DNA of 64,000 nt. Origin: an uncultured bacterium (GTDB taxonomy: Bacteria > Methylomirabilota > Methylomirabilia > Rokubacteriales > DASRDR01). Below the pieces are notes generated by a model, which did not search any database, was not told where the DNA came from, and saw only the letters and a program-made list of their open reading frames with translations. Shown one piece after another: positions 61,561-64,000 of the stretch. The stretch is from positions 1,331 to 65,330 of the forward strand of contig CAYXBJ010000112.1 in assembly GCA_964463175.1 (NCBI GenBank). Direction: 5' to 3'. The translations under genes were made by a program, and so were the position numbers. Within the stretch, counting starts at the first letter, position 1; every line of letters starts with the position of its first letter.

Positions 61561-64000
61561 GTGAGCGCGGCCGCCTCGCCGCCGGGCGGGACCACGGCCC
61601 GCCCCCTGCGCGACTTCTGGCTCTGGGCGCTCGTCGGGCTTCTCGGGCTCCTCCTGGCCCTGTATCTCGCCTTCCCGCGACTCGATGCCGATCAGGCCAT
61701 CACCGGGCTCGTCGGCGTCTACGTCCTGCACGGCGAGTTCCCCACCTTCTTCTGGATGCAGGACCATGCGGGCGTGCCGGAGTCGTACATGGCGGCGCCG
61801 CTCTTCTATCTGTTCGGCATCTCGCGACGGGTCCTCGACCTCGTTCCGGCCCTCAGCACCCTGGCGCTGGCCCTGGCCGTCTACCGCACCGGCGCGCTCC
61901 TCTTCGGCCGCGTGCCGGGCCTGCTCGGCATTCTCTTCACCACCGTGGTGTCGGCGTACGTCGCGGCGAACTACACCCTCGCCCGGGCCTACTACGTCGA
62001 GCACCTCCTGGTGGGCCAGGTCGTGCTGATCGGCGCCGCGCTCTGGCTCGCCCGGCCGCTGTCCGAGCCGGTGCGCTGCCGCGTCGCGATCGCCATGGGC
62101 CTCGCGGGTGGACTGGGTCTGTACTTCAACTTCCAGATCGTCGACGCCCTCGTGCCCGCCGTGCTCGTGATGCTCGTGAGGGAGCCGACGTTGCCGCTCC
62201 GGCGGGCGGCCTGGCTCGGCGTGGGCGCGTTCTTCCTCGCGAGCCTGCCGTTCTGGACCTATCAGCTCACCCGGGACTGGGCCACGTTCGCGACGGGTGT
62301 GCGCTTCCAGGGCCGACTGTCCGGGCTGGAGAGCGCGCGGATTCTGTTCGTCGACCTGATCCCGGTGGTCCTCGGCGTCCGCTCCGGCACGGACCAGCCG
62401 CCCCATCTGCCGGGGCCGCTCGCCTGGTCCATCCCGCTGATCGTGGGCGGCGCCGTCCTCCTGCTGCTGGCTCGGGTCGTCGTCGGCCTCGGTCGCCTGC
62501 GGCGCGAGGTACCGCGGGCCGGGGAGGCCATGCTCCTGATCGGCCTCGCCGTCACCCTCGGCGTCGTCTGGTACGGCGGGTACATCCGCGTCCCGCGCTA
62601 CCTCCTGCCGCTGATCCCGCTGCTCGCGCTGGTGCTCGCGCGGGCGGCCCAGCTGACGTGGCGGTGGACTCGCGCCGGGACCATCCTGTGGGTGACGGTG
62701 TACCTCGCCGCAGTGGGGCTCGACCTCGCGCCCGACATCACGGCGCTCCACCCCGAGGCCCGGACCCAGTACCGGCAGGAGCGGGTCGCCGACGCCGAGC
62801 TCTTCGCGTTCCTGCGGGCGCGGGACTTCCGGAAGGCCTACTCCTTCGACTACTGGCTCGCGCCGCGCCTGACCTTCGAGGCCCCGGACATCATCGTGGC
62901 CCAGCCGTTCAACGACCGGTATCCGCCGTTCACCCAGGCCGTGGACCGCTCGCCGCAGCCCGCCTACGTGGTCCAGGCGGGCGTCGAGACCTTCCGCGCC
63001 TGGATGGAGGTCCTGGGCATCACCGGCCGCGAGGACATCGCCGGGGACTACCGCGTCTTCCACGACTTCACGCCGCCGCCCGACGCCCGGCCGCTGGCCC
63101 GCGCGTCGTTCACGGTCAGCGCGAGTCCGGGCCGCGGCGAGCCGGCCAGCGTGCTCGATGGCGACATCAACACCGGCTGGTCGACCGCCCGGGGGACGAC
63201 TCCCCCGGCCTGGATGGAGGTGGACCTCGGCGCCGAGCGCGTGGTGAGCGGCGTGACGCTGGTGAACGACCGCGCCGAGCGCATCCCCGAGGACTTCCTC
63301 GTGCTCGTCGACCGTGACGGCGCGTGGCGGCAGATGGCGGCGCTGGCCCCCCAGGGCGTCGCCGCCCGATGGGAGAACGGCGCCATCCGCATCGCGCCGA
63401 GCCGGACCCTCACCGTGCGCTTCGCTCCGGTGGCGACCCGGCGCATCCGGCTCGTGGAGAAAGGGCCGCCCGGCCGCTGGAGCGTCGCGGAGATCTTCGT
63501 CCTGGGCCCCGCGCCGCCCGGATCTCCGCCGGACGCGATCACCGCGCTCGTGGACGAGGGCCGGCGGCTGGAAGACGCGGGGCATGCGGGCGCCGCGCTC
63601 CAGCGCTACCACGACGCGATGCGGCGCGCGCCGGACGATCCCGCCGGATACGAGGCCTTCGCGGGACTGGGCACCATCCTCCGGGCGAGCGCCCGGTCGC
63701 CGATCGAGCACGCCGCGCGGCTCGTCGACCTCGGGCTCCTCGGCGACGCGCGGGCAGCCTACGCCGACGCGGTCCGGACGCTGGGCCCCGGGCGGGTGCA
63801 CGTGGAGCTCTGGCGGCTCCGGGCGCGCCTGGCCGCGGCGGACGGGGACGCCCCGGAGGCGGCGCGCCTGAGCGCCGAGGCGGACGCGGCGCTCGCGCCG
63901 GCGCGGCCCGTCGGCGCGGTGGTGGGCGGGCAGGCCGAGCTCGTGGGCTACGAGGTCCGGCCGCAGCCCCTCGAGGCCGGCGGGACCGTCGAGATCACGA
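61561..64000 (+). CDS. Large polytopic membrane glycosyltransferase (GT39/GT83 ArnT/PMT-like) with C-terminal F5/8-type-C (discoidin) domain and TPR-like tail. 3' end outside window
   Basis: Not listed in the ORF track because it has no stop before the window end. A manual frame-1 translation from GTG 61561 shows no stop codons over more than 810 codons and strong GC3 bias. It shows multiple TM helices (FWLWALVGLLGLLLALYLAF...), a GDINTGWST...WMEVDLG discoidin motif and a C-terminal Ala/Arg-rich helical repeat. Confidence 0.65.
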   Translation, partial: MSAAASPPGGTTARPLRDFWLWALVGLLGLLLALYLAFPRLDADQAITGLVGVYVLHGEFPTFFWMQDHAGVPESYMAAPLFYLFGISRRVLDLVPALSTLALALAVYRTGALLFGRVPGLLGILFTTVVSAYVAANYTLARAYYVEHLLVGQVVLIGAALWLARPLSEPVRCRVAIAMGLAGGLGLYFNFQIVDALVPAVLVMLVREPTLPLRRAAWLGVGAFFLASLPFWTYQLTRDWATFATGVRFQGRLSGLESARILFVDLIPVVLGVRSGTDQPPHLPGPLAWSIPLIVGGAVLLLLARVVVGLGRLRREVPRAGEAMLLIGLAVTLGVVWYGGYIRVPRYLLPLIPLLALVLARAAQLTWRWTRAGTILWVTVYLAAVGLDLAPDITALHPEARTQYRQERVADAELFAFLRARDFRKAYSFDYWLAPRLTFEAPDIIVAQPFNDRYPPFTQAVDRSPQPAYVVQAGVETFRAWMEVLGITGREDIAGDYRVFHDFTPPPDARPLARASFTVSASPGRGEPASVLDGDINTGWSTARGTTPPAWMEVDLGAERVVSGVTLVNDRAERIPEDFLVLVDRDGAWRQMAALAPQGVAARWENGAIRIAPSRTLTVRFAPVATRRIRLVEKGPPGRWSVAEIFVLGPAPPGSPPDAITALVDEGRRLEDAGHAGAALQRYHDAMRRAPDDPAGYEAFAGLGTILRASARSPIEHAARLVDLGLLGDARAAYADAVRTLGPGRVHVELWRLRARLAAADGDAPEAARLSAEADAALAPARPVGAVVGGQAELVGYEVRPQPLEAGGTVEIT

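Noticed and set aside
61219-63801. 860-aa minus-strand ORF covering the 3' end of the window
   Set aside because: Arg/Gly/Pro-rich shadow. The plus strand in frame 1 from 61561 encodes a coherent polytopic GT-C glycosyltransferase with a discoidin domain and no stops to the window end.
1-64000. Looked for CRISPR arrays, tRNA/rRNA genes, transposases, integrases and prophage genes
   Set aside because: No direct-repeat/spacer arrays, no cloverleaf-like or rRNA-like conserved stretches, and no transposase/integrase-like translations were seen. The only composition-atypical segment is the single HNH nuclease gene.

Overview
This is a 64-kb window of high-GC (~70%) bacterial chromosome. The presence of lptD indicates a Gram-negative organism. 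Genes are densely packed and often translationally coupled through 1-, 4- or 8-nt start/stop overlaps. The high GC content produces many long antisense 'shadow' ORFs in the six-frame track, which were rejected.

Content, left to right:
- (i) A small CoA-metabolism block: citrate-synthase-like gene with an unusually AT-rich promoter island, crotonase, and a fused CoA-transferase. This is followed by a lipoprotein gene and corA.
- (ii) A minus-strand operon encoding a GNAT, two paralogous PaaK/CapK/F390-synthetase-like adenylating ligases and an AsnB-family glutamine amidotransferase. A half-length MFS gene sits immediately upstream and a proline-rich tandem-repeat secreted protein lies next to it.
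- (iii) A compositionally atypical, lower-GC single-gene island encoding an SRA/YDG-like + HNH nuclease, i.e. a candidate modification-dependent type IV restriction enzyme.
- (iv) Enzymes of methylated-amine / cyclic-amide metabolism: an OYE/FeS flavoenzyme, a homocysteine S-methyltransferase, N-methylhydantoinase A/B and an exported creatininase-fold protein.
- (v) Redox and copper proteins, a Crp/Fnr regulator, an LLM (F420-type) oxidoreductase and small proteins.
- (vi) A non-pyrrolysine MttB-family quaternary-amine:corrinoid methyltransferase, its corrinoid protein and a homocysteine-methyltransferase-domain protein. They are co-oriented with HMG-CoA-lyase-like and 5'-nucleotidase genes and sit opposite a PhyH dioxygenase.
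- (vii) A caiABD-like CoA module (family-III CoA-transferase, crotonase, acyl-CoA dehydrogenase, MBL hydrolase) under a divergent TetR with a near-palindromic operator.
- (viii) A large ABC-transporter-dependent glycan locus fused directly to lptD. It contains three DegT aminotransferases, two paralogous NDP-sugar reductases, wzm/wzt (wzt carries a C-terminal glycan-binding extension), a coiled-coil WbdD-like methyltransferase, four tandem GT4 genes, a second methyltransferase and two GT2 polyprenyl-phosphate glycosyltransferases. The locus ends in an ORF that the track does not list: an 800+ aa membrane glycosyltransferase (GT39/GT83-like) with a C-terminal discoidin domain that runs off the window end.

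A 26-bp GGCCGAAGGCC-containing motif occurs three times in the glycan locus.

No rRNA, tRNA, CRISPR array or transposase was recognised.
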